Shown: positions 9,338 through 21,200 of the stretch, in pieces
Numbering within the stretch: position 1 is the first letter of the stretch
Layout: every line of letters begins with the position of its first letter
Origin: a virus
Lineage: Duplodnaviria > Caudoviricetes
Virus record (IMG/VR): IMGVR_UViG_3300034022_000096
Coordinates: 1-54,537 of that record
Direction: 5' to 3' (one strand)
Length of the DNA: 54,537 bases
Made by a program: the position numbers and the translations under genes
Notes under the pieces: model-generated
Seen by the model: only the letters and a program-made list of their open reading frames with translations
Told to the model about the DNA's origin: nothing
Database searches by the model: none

Positions 9338-12196
9338 ATGAGCCTGCATAAGTTTGCCGAACAAGTAGCATCGCAAGGCCGCGGTGACGACTCGTTACTT
9401 GTACACATGACTCCGGACGAAGTTCGGAATCTACAACAGTTTGCCCAAGCTAACGGCACAACACTGACCATCAATCCTACTACGGGTTTACCCGAAGCTG
9501 GTCTTTTGTCTGACCTGTTTAAGGCTGTTGCTCCTATTGCGCTTGGCGCGTTCCTTGGCCCTGCTGGTGCAGCTATTGGCGGCGGTTTTATGTCTGCGGG
9601 TATGGCAGGTTTGTCTGTTGGCGGCATTACTACTTTAGCTACCGGCAGTTTGTCTCGCGGCCTCATGGCCGGATTGGGTGCTTACGGCGGCGCAGGTATT
9701 GGCGAGAGTTTGATGACTGCGGGTACTGGGGCGTTGTCGCAATCCGTTGGTACGGGTTTAAGCGAAGAAGCGGCGCAACAAGCAGTTGCTTCAAAGCTAG
9801 CTGCAGCAACGCCTATGGAAACGTTAACTGCTGGATTTAATTCCGCTACGGCAAACCCCGCAGCCATGGGGACTTTTGCCAAGCAGAACTTAGGCAACAT
9901 TGGTATGGCCGCCGCCCCCTTGTTGGCAATGCAGCCAACAACCAAAATGCCAGATGCAAAAGACACTGGTTACATTCGGCAGTTTGATTACAACATCAAC
10001 CCAGAGACAGGCAAGCCTGACCCCCTGTACGGCATGCGAGCCATGACGCCTGTCAAAGCCAGCGAGTTTGGAAACAAAACATTCCAAGGCCAGCGCGATC
10101 TGTTCAGGCAACAGAACCCTAATCCGTATGAACTTGGGGTAGGGTCTTTAAACCAGCCCCCGCAACAACAGCAACAAACAACTCCTATGGCAACGGGCGG
10201 TATTGTGGCTTTGGCTGACGGCGGGGATGTTAAACATTTTGCTATTGGCGACCTTGTTAAAGCAGACATTGATGCTGCTTACGCCAAAGGAGATTACGGC
10301 AGAGTTAACGAGCTTGCTCAAGAAAACAAAATTACTGCCGCCGACGTAGCAGACACGTACAAAGGTTTTGACACCTCTGGTTTAGCGGGGCTAGGCGTTA
10401 ACTTATATACGCCCCCAGCAGCCCCTGCGTACACGCAGTACACGCCAGAGCAAATTGGTAGCTATTTAACTACAAATCCAACCGCAGATATTGCCGCAGC
10501 AACTAAGACTACAAACGCTGACCCTGCCGCAGTTAATGCATATCTTGCTAGCATAGCTGACCCGTTTAGAGGGTCTACCGATACGACCGGTGGTTCGGGC
10601 GTGCTGGGTATTTATAACCAAATGACGGCGCAGGGCATTGATCCTACAGAGTTGTATAAGGCCGAGCTCGCAAACGACCCCAAGTACGCGGGTTACACAC
10701 AGCCAATGATTCAAAAAGCGTACGACTTAAGTAAAGGCGCGTATGCGTTATCTGCCGCACAAAAAGGTGTTGTGGCAGACAAAGACTGGGTCAAGTTCAT
10801 GGATGACAATAAATACTCCATAGACGACGCCGCGCAAGCATTTGGACTGTCCAGAAACGAAGTTAAGAGTCGGTATGACGCAGTTAAAGCTGCTGGAACA
10901 AAAATAGACGGTAAGACCACAGTCACAGGCGGCACAGGCAACGACGTTATTACTGGCACAGGTATTAACACAGGCGTAAATCCCGGCGGCACTTATGGTT
11001 CTGGCCCTGCTACGGGCGTTGATTATCGTGGTAACACAGTTTCTATTGCCACTCCCGGTGACATCATTACAAACCCTGACGGCTCGCGCACAGTTGTGCC
11101 TAACATCCCCGGTCGTGACAGCGGGTTTACAGGTGTGGAGCAGGTCAAAAGCAAATACACCGCCGGTGGCGGTAGTCTAGGTTACACAGCTCCCGTAGTT
11201 AAAACTGCGGCTGAACACAACGCTATGTACAACAAGCTGACGGATGACTCGTTGGACGCGTATAACTTCCTGATGGGCAAGGGTAAAAATCTAACGCAAC
11301 GTAAAGCAGAAACAAGAAATAGACCCGTATCGCAGCGGTACGACGAAGCCATTTTGGGTAGAAAAATTCCAAAATTAACGAAACCCGGCACAACAACCGA
11401 CGGATCAACCGTTAAAGGCACGCCCGGCCAGCCACAGACTTACTTTGACGAAGCGGCATATCTTGCGGCCAATCCTGATGTTGCAGAAGAGATAAGAACC
11501 GGCAAGTCCGTGTCTGGCGAGCCCACACGCTTTACGTCTGGTTATGAACACTACTTAATGTACGGCAAAGCAGGCGGACGTAAGTTTACTGGCGACTACG
11601 CAGGCTACCTAACTGCTGCGGCTTTGGCTAACGCGGCTGGTGCAGGCGGTGGCGGTGGCGGTGATGGTGGTGGGGGCGGAGGTGGTGGGGGGGGAGGTGG
11701 AGGTGGAGGTGGAGGTGGAAATGCTGCTGGCGCTGCTGCTGCGGCTGCGGGCGGAAATGCCGCTCCCGGTACAGGTAATGCTGGTGATGCTGCCGCCGCT
11801 GCTTCTGCTGCTTCTGCTGCTGCTGGTGTTGGTGTAGGTGATTCTGCTGCTTCTGGCAATAGGCGTGGTGGGCGCGTTGTAGGCTACGCTATGGGCGGCG
11901 GTCTTGGCTCACTCGGCTCTTACTCAGATGGGGGCCGCCTGCTCAGAGGCCCCGGTGATGGCGTGTCTGACAGCATCCCTGCAACCATTGGCACTAAGCA
12001 ACAGCCTGCACGCCTTGCCGATGGTGAGTTTGTAGTGCCTGCACGCATTGTGTCTGAACTAGGCAACGGCTCAACAGAGGCAGGGGCTAAAAAGCTTTAC
12101 GCCATGATGGATCGTGTGCAACGTGCACGCGGCAAGACCACAGGCAAAAACAAAGTGGCGGCCAATAGCCGCTCTGATAAATATCTTCCCGCTTAA
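9338..12196 (+). CDS. putative internal virion (ejection) protein
   Basis: N-terminal GRGDDSLLVHM...INP.TGLPEA, hydrophobic Gly/Ala segment, poly-Gly linker, C-terminal GPGDGVSDSIPA..LADGEFVVPA; follows the tail genes. Confidence 0.65.
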   Translation: MSLHKFAEQVASQGRGDDSLLVHMTPDEVRNLQQFAQANGTTLTINPTTGLPEAGLLSDLFKAVAPIALGAFLGPAGAAIGGGFMSAGMAGLSVGGITTLATGSLSRGLMAGLGAYGGAGIGESLMTAGTGALSQSVGTGLSEEAAQQAVASKLAAATPMETLTAGFNSATANPAAMGTFAKQNLGNIGMAAAPLLAMQPTTKMPDAKDTGYIRQFDYNINPETGKPDPLYGMRAMTPVKASEFGNKTFQGQRDLFRQQNPNPYELGVGSLNQPPQQQQQTTPMATGGIVALADGGDVKHFAIGDLVKADIDAAYAKGDYGRVNELAQENKITAADVADTYKGFDTSGLAGLGVNLYTPPAAPAYTQYTPEQIGSYLTTNPTADIAAATKTTNADPAAVNAYLASIADPFRGSTDTTGGSGVLGIYNQMTAQGIDPTELYKAELANDPKYAGYTQPMIQKAYDLSKGAYALSAAQKGVVADKDWVKFMDDNKYSIDDAAQAFGLSRNEVKSRYDAVKAAGTKIDGKTTVTGGTGNDVITGTGINTGVNPGGTYGSGPATGVDYRGNTVSIATPGDIITNPDGSRTVVPNIPGRDSGFTGVEQVKSKYTAGGGSLGYTAPVVKTAAEHNAMYNKLTDDSLDAYNFLMGKGKNLTQRKAETRNRPVSQRYDEAILGRKIPKLTKPGTTTDGSTVKGTPGQPQTYFDEAAYLAANPDVAEEIRTGKSVSGEPTRFTSGYEHYLMYGKAGGRKFTGDYAGYLTAAALANAAGAGGGGGGDGGGGGGGGGGGGGGGGGGNAAGAAAAAAGGNAAPGTGNAGDAAAAASAASAAAGVGVGDSAASGNRRGGRVVGYAMGGGLGSLGSYSDGGRLLRGPGDGVSDSIPATIGTKQQPARLADGEFVVPARIVSELGNGSTEAGAKKLYAMMDRVQRARGKTTGKNKVAANSRSDKYLPA

Positions 12197-12206
12197 GGAA
12201 TAGATC

Positions 12207-13253
12207 ATGGCTGTAACACCAACCTCAGTACAAGAATATCAAACAGGTTTTGCGCCTGTAATAGCGCCTTATGCAGAAACTTTGCTAGGCCAAGCACAGC
12301 TTGCCACCGATACGGAATTAAATCCGTACCAGCAATACATGCGGGATCGCCAAGCGGGTTTCATGCCTCTGCAACAGCAGTCCTTTGAGAACGCGGGGCT
12401 CATGCAGACCGCCCCTCAGTTGGGCGATGCTACCGCTATGGCGGGTATGGCAGGTCTTGGTGCGCTCAATACGCAGTACACGTTTAACCCAGCAGACTTT
12501 AACAAAGCATTTAGTGGCGCTACTACCAGAGACGCAAAGGGTAATGTAACCGGCAACACCATGATGAATCCTTACATGGATAACATCGTGGCTCGTCAGC
12601 AAGCGGATGCGCGGCGTCAATCAGAAATTGCAGGGCAATCACAGCAAGCACAAGCAGCGCGTAGCGGAGCGTTTGGCGGCAGTGGCGACTTTCTTATGCG
12701 CGGTCAAGCCAGAGGTAACTTAGCCCGTCAAATGGGCGACATTCAAGCGCAGGGTTTAAATACCGCTTACAACCAAGCAATGCAGCAGTACAACGCCCAG
12801 AATCAATTAAACGCCCAACAGCAACAGTTCGGTGCCGGGCTGGGACTTCAAGGTCTACAGACAGCCATGACAGGCGCTAAGAGCTTGGCGGATATTGGTC
12901 AAACACAGTACGGCCAGAACCTTGGTCTCTTAGATGTTCAAAATCGTTTCGGTGCTCAGCAACAACAGCAAGTTCAAAATCAACTGAACACAGAGTACCA
13001 AGACTTCCTGAACTTCCAGAACTACCCATACAAGCAGATGGGCTTCATGTCTGACATGATCCGTGGTTTACCTTTGACTCAGCAATCGCAGACTATGTAT
13101 CAGCAACCCCCATCAATGATTTCCCAAGTAGCGGGTCTTGGCGGTGCCGCATTGACTGGCGCTAAGTTGTTTGGTGCGGCTGGTGGAGCTACCGGCGACT
13201 TAGAACGCCGCCCTGCTGGTCTGGCAGAATTAGCTATTCATAACATGGGTTGA
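12207..13253 (+). CDS. putative internal virion (DNA transfer) protein
   Basis: Gln/Ala-rich, GAFGGS motif, TAAGGA RBS. Confidence 0.65.
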   Translation: MAVTPTSVQEYQTGFAPVIAPYAETLLGQAQLATDTELNPYQQYMRDRQAGFMPLQQQSFENAGLMQTAPQLGDATAMAGMAGLGALNTQYTFNPADFNKAFSGATTRDAKGNVTGNTMMNPYMDNIVARQQADARRQSEIAGQSQQAQAARSGAFGGSGDFLMRGQARGNLARQMGDIQAQGLNTAYNQAMQQYNAQNQLNAQQQQFGAGLGLQGLQTAMTGAKSLADIGQTQYGQNLGLLDVQNRFGAQQQQQVQNQLNTEYQDFLNFQNYPYKQMGFMSDMIRGLPLTQQSQTMYQQPPSMISQVAGLGGAALTGAKLFGAAGGATGDLERRPAGLAELAIHNMG

Positions 13254-13258
13254 AGAAC

Positions 13259-15232
13259 ATGGCTTTTACACAACTACCCACTGGCGGCGGCGTTCCAAAC
13301 GTTGATTTGATTACGCAGACATTGGCAAAACTGCAACCTGACTCTGCGTTGCAAAACTATGCGCGGATGCACAAAAATGACCCTTACATTCTGTCTCTTG
13401 CCACCGCAGAATCAAATCGACGCAAAGCGTTGCGTACGGCAGCACAGGGACAAGTAGGCCAACAGCCTACAGTAGCAGATCAAAGCATTGCTGGCATGGC
13501 TCCTGCGCCTGTTATGACTGGCTCGGGCGGTACTTTGCAAACTGGTTATGGCGGCCCTGTGATGACGGGTATGGCCTCTGGTGGTTTACCAGAAGATCAA
13601 GGTATTGCTCAACTCTCCACGCCCAACATGCAGTATATGGCTGACGGCGGCATTGCAGGCTACGAAGACGACGAAGAAGGTATGGCCACCGGCGGTATGG
13701 GCGGCATGTTTAACTTTGCTCAGCAGAGCGAGCCTGTTGTGCGTATGTCTGGTGGCGGCCACGTGCCCCGTTATCAAGGCAATACAACAGACGGCAGCGT
13801 TGTTACTTCAGGCGATATGTATACGCAACAGCTTGCACTAAAAGCCAAGTACGAAAAAGAAGCTTCAGAAATGGGTGAGGGCATTAGACGAGAGTTTAGT
13901 CCCGATGTTAAGGTTTTTGCCCAACAACTTTCTAAATCTGAAAATGCCGCACAAGCAAGTTATTTAGCACAAGAACAAAAGCGGTTGATAGAAGGGAGCC
14001 CATTACGTAACAGAGCGCAAACTTCAACGTCAACGGTTGCACCCACTGCACCTACGGCTTCTGCGGCGTACGACCCAACAGAAAATCTTAAGAAGCTCGC
14101 ACAGACAAACGCTAAGTACACAACTCCTTCTGCACCAAAAAATGCGGAAGAAGCCGCAATGCTTAATCGGTATCCGGCCACAAAGCCAGCGGCAGATAAA
14201 GTACCCCCAGCTGCTGCGACTGCTGCTGGAGGCGTTACAGACCTTCTCCCGGCTACTCAACAACTTGACACAAGCTACAAATCCGTAGCTGCGCCCACGG
14301 CTGCTGATGCAAAAGCAAAAGCTAGCACGCTTTACGATTCAAAGGGACAAAAACTCAGCCTAGAACAAAAACGGCTTCAAGCGCGGGAAGATATTTTTGG
14401 CGAGAAAAGGGAACGTTCTGCACAACTTGAGGCATTCAACAAAGAACAAGGCCCGGCTTTTGCAAGCTACGAAAAACTGCTGCAGAAAGAAGAACTGCAA
14501 GACACCACAGACAAAGAGAAGTCGGGCCTCATGTCCTTGATGAAAGGCTTCTTGGCTATGGCTGCTGGAGAATCTCCAAACGCGGCTACAAACATTGCCA
14601 AAGGCGCTATGGTTGGTTTGGGCGACTACGGCGATGCACTTAAAGAGTTTAAGAAAGCTGCCAAAGAACGTAATAAAGCTATGGCTGACATTGAAAATGC
14701 TCGCCGCGCTGAAGCTAAAGGTGACTTTAAAGATCAGCGGACATTTGAAGATCGGGCTGCAGAACGTATAGCGGCGTCTGATGATCGATTTACAGGACTG
14801 ATTTCGCAAATCACGGGTAAAGAAGCCGACGTTGCTGCTAGCCTTCTCAATAACATGGAGTCAATTGCGGCAAATAAAGATTTGGCGGGAATGAAAGAAG
14901 CTGGGTTAAACAAACGGTTTAATGCCGAGCAAGCCGGTTTAAATGCACGCGCACTCATGCCAACGGGCGATGCTCGCACAGCCATAATGCTGGGGTCAGG
15001 AAACACGCAAGCTGAGCGTCTAGAGTCAGGTATGAAGAAGCTGCAAGAAATTACAGCAGACAAGTCAGGTATGGCGGCGGTTAAATTGTTAGCCGAAACA
15101 AACGTTAAGCTGCAGGCTGCTGGGCAACTTCCTATCACAATGGCAGACTTGCTTGGTGGTGCTAGAGAATTCAGCGCACTCATGTATCCAAAAGTGGCAG
15201 ATACAGCACCAACGCGCGAAAGACCGCGTTAA
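13259..15232 (+). CDS. putative internal virion protein
   Basis: Ala-rich and coiled-coil; repeated MAxGG motifs. The ATG at 13259 is preferred over the TTG at 13250. Confidence 0.6.
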   Translation: MAFTQLPTGGGVPNVDLITQTLAKLQPDSALQNYARMHKNDPYILSLATAESNRRKALRTAAQGQVGQQPTVADQSIAGMAPAPVMTGSGGTLQTGYGGPVMTGMASGGLPEDQGIAQLSTPNMQYMADGGIAGYEDDEEGMATGGMGGMFNFAQQSEPVVRMSGGGHVPRYQGNTTDGSVVTSGDMYTQQLALKAKYEKEASEMGEGIRREFSPDVKVFAQQLSKSENAAQASYLAQEQKRLIEGSPLRNRAQTSTSTVAPTAPTASAAYDPTENLKKLAQTNAKYTTPSAPKNAEEAAMLNRYPATKPAADKVPPAAATAAGGVTDLLPATQQLDTSYKSVAAPTAADAKAKASTLYDSKGQKLSLEQKRLQAREDIFGEKRERSAQLEAFNKEQGPAFASYEKLLQKEELQDTTDKEKSGLMSLMKGFLAMAAGESPNAATNIAKGAMVGLGDYGDALKEFKKAAKERNKAMADIENARRAEAKGDFKDQRTFEDRAAERIAASDDRFTGLISQITGKEADVAASLLNNMESIAANKDLAGMKEAGLNKRFNAEQAGLNARALMPTGDARTAIMLGSGNTQAERLESGMKKLQEITADKSGMAAVKLLAETNVKLQAAGQLPITMADLLGGAREFSALMYPKVADTAPTRERPR

Positions 15233-15295
15233 AATACAAACCTAGCGCTAAAACATCCGGGGTTGCGCTCCCCGGACACAATTTGAAAGTTTTTT

Positions 15296-18200
15296 ATGGC
15301 ACAGTCAGTTCAACTTCCAGACGGTTCATGGTTCCCACTTAAAGAAGGTGAAGACCCCCGGGAGGCAATGGCTGTAGCGTCTAAACTATACCCCGAAGCG
15401 TTTGGGCGTAAAAAAGGTGAAGACAAACCCAAGGAAGACACCAAGGGTTTCAAAGCTGCCGCCGCCGCAGGCTTTGAGCGTTTAAAAGGTGAAACCGCAC
15501 TGACTGCGGCCAAGCTCGGGCTAAAAGACATAGGCGAAGCTGAAGCATATCAAAAGGAAAAACAAGCGTCGGCGGCCAGACGTTTCACGCCCACTGAAGA
15601 CAGCTTCATAGAATCCCCTCTTCAAAACGTTAAAGAGCTTCTGGGCGGATCTGTTCCTTACATGTTGGCCCCCGCCGCCGCGGGTCTTGCGGCTTTGGCC
15701 GCTCCAGTATCAGCACCAGTTGCGGCTGGTTTAGGTTTGTTGGGTGCTGGCGCTGTGTCTACGGGGCAGTTCACAGGTTCCAACCTTGCGCGTCAAATGG
15801 ACACCGGCAAGTCTTTAGAAGAGGCCAGCCTTGGCAAAGCTGTAGCCGCAGCCGTTCCGCAAGCTCTAATTGACACCGCTGCCATGGCGTTGTTACCCGG
15901 TGTGGGCAAGCTGTTCGGCTCTGTGGGCTCTAAGCTTACAACGGAACAAGCCAAGGCTATTGCTTCCCAAACACTGACCCGCACTATTGCAGACTACACC
16001 GCCAAGACGGGCGTAGCGATGAGCCGAGAAGGTGTAACAGAAGCCACTCAACAATTGCTTGAGCGTTTGCAAGCAGGTTTAGAAATTACAAACCCAGAGG
16101 CTCGCAAAGAGTACATCGACAGTTTTATTGGCGGCGCTGTGTTAGCCGGAACCTTAGCCCCTGCGGGTCGTGCGTTAGAGCGTGGGGGAGCCAAGCGGCA
16201 AGCAACAGCCGCCGACCGAGCCGAAGCTTTGCAACTTAGTTCTGAACAGTTACAGCAACAAAAAGCCCAAGAAGAAGCTGCGGCACAAGCACTGGAAACA
16301 GAAAGACAGTCACCTGAATATGCAATAAAGCTAGGCGCAGAGTACGAAGCAATACTTAAAGATTTTCAAACTAAACAAAAAGTACTCAAAGACCCCGGCA
16401 AGAATGCCACGCCCGAAGAAAAAGCGGTATATGCCGAACGTAAAGCCGAAGTCTCAGGACTGAACAAACAGTTAGAAGAACTGACGCCTGAGTACCGCCG
16501 CACTAAACCTATACGCGAGCAGGAGGCAGAAAAACAACGTGTGGCTGGAATATCTCCAGAAGACTACATGCTGGAGCAAATGGGACAACCAGACCAAGGC
16601 ATCCAAGCTTCCGGAAGAAAAACAAACAAAGGACAGCTGTTCCCGTCTGAAGCACTCGCTCCTGCACCGGTAGACACAACGCTACAAGACTACGCCACCG
16701 AACAACTGACAGCGGCACAAAATGTTGGGGCATTGACCACAAAAGACCGTCTTGACTATTTAATGCAGAACCCGGAGATGGCAAGGCAGTTGCTTGCAAA
16801 CCGTACACCGTTGCCCGGAGTAAGCGCACAAGAACAAAAGCTTATTTACAGCGCGTTAGTTGGGCAACTTAAAGCGTTTGATAAGCAAAAAACAACACAA
16901 GAAAAACTTCAAGCCGAGCAAGCTGAGCGTGTACGTGGCCAGATGGCTGGCACAACTCCCGGCGCAGACATCATGGGGGCTGCAACACAAATGCCTGCTG
17001 TGCAGACTGCGGAGCAAAAGCGTGCTGAAGACGAAGCGCGTCTGCGCGTAGTCACGCCCGAAGTAGAGGGCATACAAAAACTCGGTCAAACTCCAGAGTA
17101 CAGCCCAGCCCAAGCACTGCGGCAGTCTTACGACACAAGGAAAGCTAGCGAAAAGCAAGACGAAGACCTTGTAAACGGACTGATTGACACGCTTCCTAAG
17201 GGCGGCATGGTTACCCCCGGTCAAGTGTTTCAAGGTTTGGGTGGCGGTACGTCGCGTGAACGTAGCGATTTGTTAACTCAACTGGCTGTTGCCCGAGAGT
17301 CAAGCGGCAAATCAAAACAAGGCGGGGTTAAAGACAACGACATATCACGCGGCATTATTGAGAAGCTTCGCGCTTTAAAGCAGACCGAAACAACAGGGAC
17401 GGGCACAGAAACTGCCCCTATGCAAACGATACTGGCCGGTATTTCTGTGCCAGAAGCGCGTGCTAAAGAAGCCGCAGCAAACAAGTTTGCCGATCAGCAG
17501 AACCAGCAGTTGTTGGCATTCACGCGCATGTTGGGTAAAGTAAATCGAGGCACGCTAGTGCTGCCGGACACATTTAAACAACGCTCCGATGCCGCTAAAC
17601 AAGCGTATCTTCAACTACATCTAGACGAGATTAACGCTAGGCGTGATGCGTTTGGCTTGCCGCCTATGGCCGACTGGGAACGCGGCGAAGCCCGTGCCCG
17701 TGTTATGGAGGCACTCAACGAGTTGGGTGATCGTTGGGGCAGCGCGGCTAACGCAGGGCCTGCTGGTCAGCGTCAGTTTGGCTCACAAATACAAGCCGTT
17801 GCCGCTCTGCAAGAGCAGATGCGTAGCAACATTCAGAAAACTGTGGCAGGAGCCGCACAGCGTGCCAACTTAAATGCAACAAACGAAGTAGCTGAGAAAA
17901 CTACTGCGCCAACAGGTGCAGGCCCACGTATTGCCGCCCCCGCCGAATTAACCCTGCGCGGCGAAGCACGTACTGAGCCGTCCACAGAGGACATGATTGA
18001 AGCGCTGTTGTCTCAAACAGAAACACGCGAACGCGCAGTGCCTACGGCTGCGGTCAAACCAACTAAAAAAGTTACAGACCTCGGAGATATAAAGCAACTA
18101 CTAGAAAAAGAGCGTTCTGGCGGCAAGCTAGAGCCCATGGGCGCGGGCTCTGTTCAGTTACTTAAACAGCTTCAGGACATGTTGCCGCAGACAACAGACG

Positions 18201-21200
18201 CGGACTTTAAAGAACTAGCTCGCAAAATTGTCCGTCAGATTTACACAGGCAACGAACCCAATTTGTTTGACGTTCGCGATCTAGACGAAATGGCCAGAGG
18301 CATGGAAGCCGCAGGCCAAAGTGCAACACGCCCCGGCGTTACGCCAGAAGAACTGCAACGTACCAGCGCTCAGCCACAACTTGACTTGTTCTCTGACAAA
18401 GATACGCAGACCCAGCGTGCCACACCGCGCAATTTCCAGAAGATGTTGGACTCTGGCAACGTGCAAAGGCTTCGTCAAATTATTGCGCAGCAAAACAAAG
18501 AAGCCGATAACGAAGTGTCAGCGGTGGAGGAAACTCTTACAGATGCGCAAGCCAAGCTTGCCAAAGCAGAAAAGGTTACACAGAAAGCCCTTGGTAAAGT
18601 CATAGCCCTTGAAGAAGGCGCTGATGTTGGCAGTTCGCCATTAGCAGACCAATCGTCTGAAGCGCTTGCAACCGTTAAAGTATCGGACGAAAAATTAAAA
18701 ACACGTTCTAGAGTTGCGCCAGAGTCTTCAAAGTTTGTAGCCGAGTACGGTTTGAAACCAACAAACAAAGAAGATGACCAAATTAAACTTGCGTGGGCGG
18801 AAGCAACTCGAGACGTTGTGGCCGCGGAGTCTGCGCTACAAGCGTTGCCCTTGCGGATTGCTTTCTTAACTGAGATTCGTGACAGCGTTTCCGAGTTGTC
18901 TAAAAAAGGTAAACAGGATTTAATTGCTTTAATTGACGAAGCGTTGCGTTTTGGCAGAGACCCAAGCAACCCCGCATCAATGCGCGACAGTTTAGAGCAA
19001 AAAGAGTTTGCAGAGCTTAAACAATGGTTGGATCCGGATACCGCAAACACAGAAATTAAACGTCTTAAGACTCTATACAACTTAGCCAAGAAGTCGTTAG
19101 ATCCTGCGCGTGAGCGTTTGGATGCCGCCGTTGCCAAGTACGAAGAAGGTAGCGTTGTCCGTGCAGCATTAGAACGGGAACAGAAAAAAGCACAGGACGC
19201 GTTAGACAAAGCGCAAAGAGATGAACAAGCAGCGCGCGCGGCTGTAAAGGCAGAACAAAAACAAGAGACAACTACGGAAGAAGTTGGCACACCGAACGCA
19301 GAGTACCGAGCCACCCTACAACGCGCTCGTGAAGGTCTGAATTTGCCCGGTGTTCGCAACTTGGTTGACACCACGCAAGTAAAAAAGACCATCTTCAATA
19401 TGCGTAGCGCCATGGGCTCGCTCGACGGCCAGTTAGAAAACAAAAATTTAACTGAAGAAAAGCGGGCCGAGCTTCAAGCTAAACGCGACGACGCGGAGCG
19501 AAAACTGTCAACTGTGTATGAAGACGCACCACGCATTACGTCTGAAATCAAAGAGAACGGTCAGCTTGAACTAGAACGGGCGTTTGATGATGCCCAAGTT
19601 AAAGCCTACGACAAACAGGTTGCCAAGCGCCGTAAACGGAAGGGTGAGTCTGCACCAGTGTTGCCTTCCAGCAAGACTGGCCCCGTTGCCAAAGGTGTAC
19701 GAAACCAACGCATAACGCAGTTGGGAGAAACATCAGAAACAACCGCAACAAAAGAAGCTGCCACAGCGCTTGAGACGCTTGCAGAAGAACGAGCTAAGCT
19801 GGCTGATTTGGAGCGCCGCGAGAAGTTCATGCGCGACAACGGTAAAGCTAAGTCAGGCGGGCGTTTAACACCGACGTTCAAAGCACTGCAAGCGCAGATT
19901 ACAAATCAAAAGAACGTTGTAGCAGACGCCACCGAAGAACAGGGCAAGATTGTTGCAGAAGTCCGTGAAACAAAACAAGCGCTTGGCAAGAAGAGAATTC
20001 AGAACGTTGCGTCCGAGACTGAAGTTGGGCTGAAGGGTGAAGAAGCTAAGATTCCCAAGGCGGCTAAACCGTTGTTCTCGCGTGGGCCTACAACTGACCC
20101 TAGTACGATTAACACAGTCAACACAGAACTGAAAAAATATTTCAAAGATTTATCACGTATAAAAATTTACAATTCCGTTGACGAATTAATAAAGGCTAAC
20201 CCGCAATACAAGGGGCGTATTCCAACAGACGCTAGGGGTTTTGTAGACACCGCAGGTAACAAAGCGTTTTTAATTGCCGAGAACATTGACCAAGGACAGG
20301 CACTGGGCGTATTGCTTCACGAGGTAGGGGCGCACGTAGGGCTTAAAAACATTTTGGGTGAGAGTCAATACACCGGAATGGTCAATGCAATTAAAGGTTG
20401 GGCTAAAAAGAACGACGGTTCTGTAGAGTCTGTTGTTGCCAAAGCAGCAATAGCACGGGTAGAGGCAGCAAAAACAGATGCCAAACACAGAGACGATGAA
20501 ACTCTTGCGTACGCCATTGAAGAAGCGGTCAAAGCTGGCGTTATTCCAAACCAAACTAAAGGAGTTTTAGGCACATGGTTGAGCAGGATTGCAGACGGGT
20601 TCCGTAAACTACTAACAAAATTTGGCATGGATTTGAAATCCTTTGACGCGCAAGGATTAGTTGATATTGCGTATGGGGCAGCGCAAATGGAAATGCGTGC
20701 AATGCCTGAAGGTATGAGTCGCCGTACTTTTTTACGCGGCGCGGTTTCCGCTGTTGGGCAAATGTATCTGCCCGCAGTTAACAAAGGTTTGTCCATTAAC
20801 GCTAAAGCAAAATTGTTTGATGCAACACTGGATGCCGCCGACGCATGGTATAGCACTGTAATAGGTATGGCTAAAACACCGGCGTTACGAAACATGCTAA
20901 AAGATTATTCTTTTGACATAGATAACGAGCTATTTGCTGAAGCTCTGTACAACGTAGATTCTGACGTAGAAGGCGTGGACAGTGTGTACTCAAATATATT
21001 TATGAGAAGCTATGGTAACGGCGGCGATCCAACGGAATCTGTAATAGATTTGTTAAAAAGCAAACCTGACGCGGTTGAAAAACTACAGATGGCTGTTTTA
21101 GACATGCGTTCCCAGCTTGTTGCCGCAATAGAAAAACTACCTAAAAAAGAAAATGGAGAAATTGCAGAAGATAAGTTGCCAGCAGTTGGGGACTTATTAT

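Noticed and set aside
11687-11694. G8 run as a phase-variation tract
   Set aside because: Explained by poly-Gly codons; the frame is intact.
15256-15276. Hairpin before the giant gene, sharing the 13-mer CGGGGTTGCGCTC with 44548-44560
   Set aside because: No adjacent U-tract, and one 13-bp match is expected by chance in 54 kb.
18475-19443. 322-aa antisense ORF and other shadow ORFs in the track
   Set aside because: Antisense to Ala/Glu/Lys-rich coding sequence, with no RBS or recognisable motifs.
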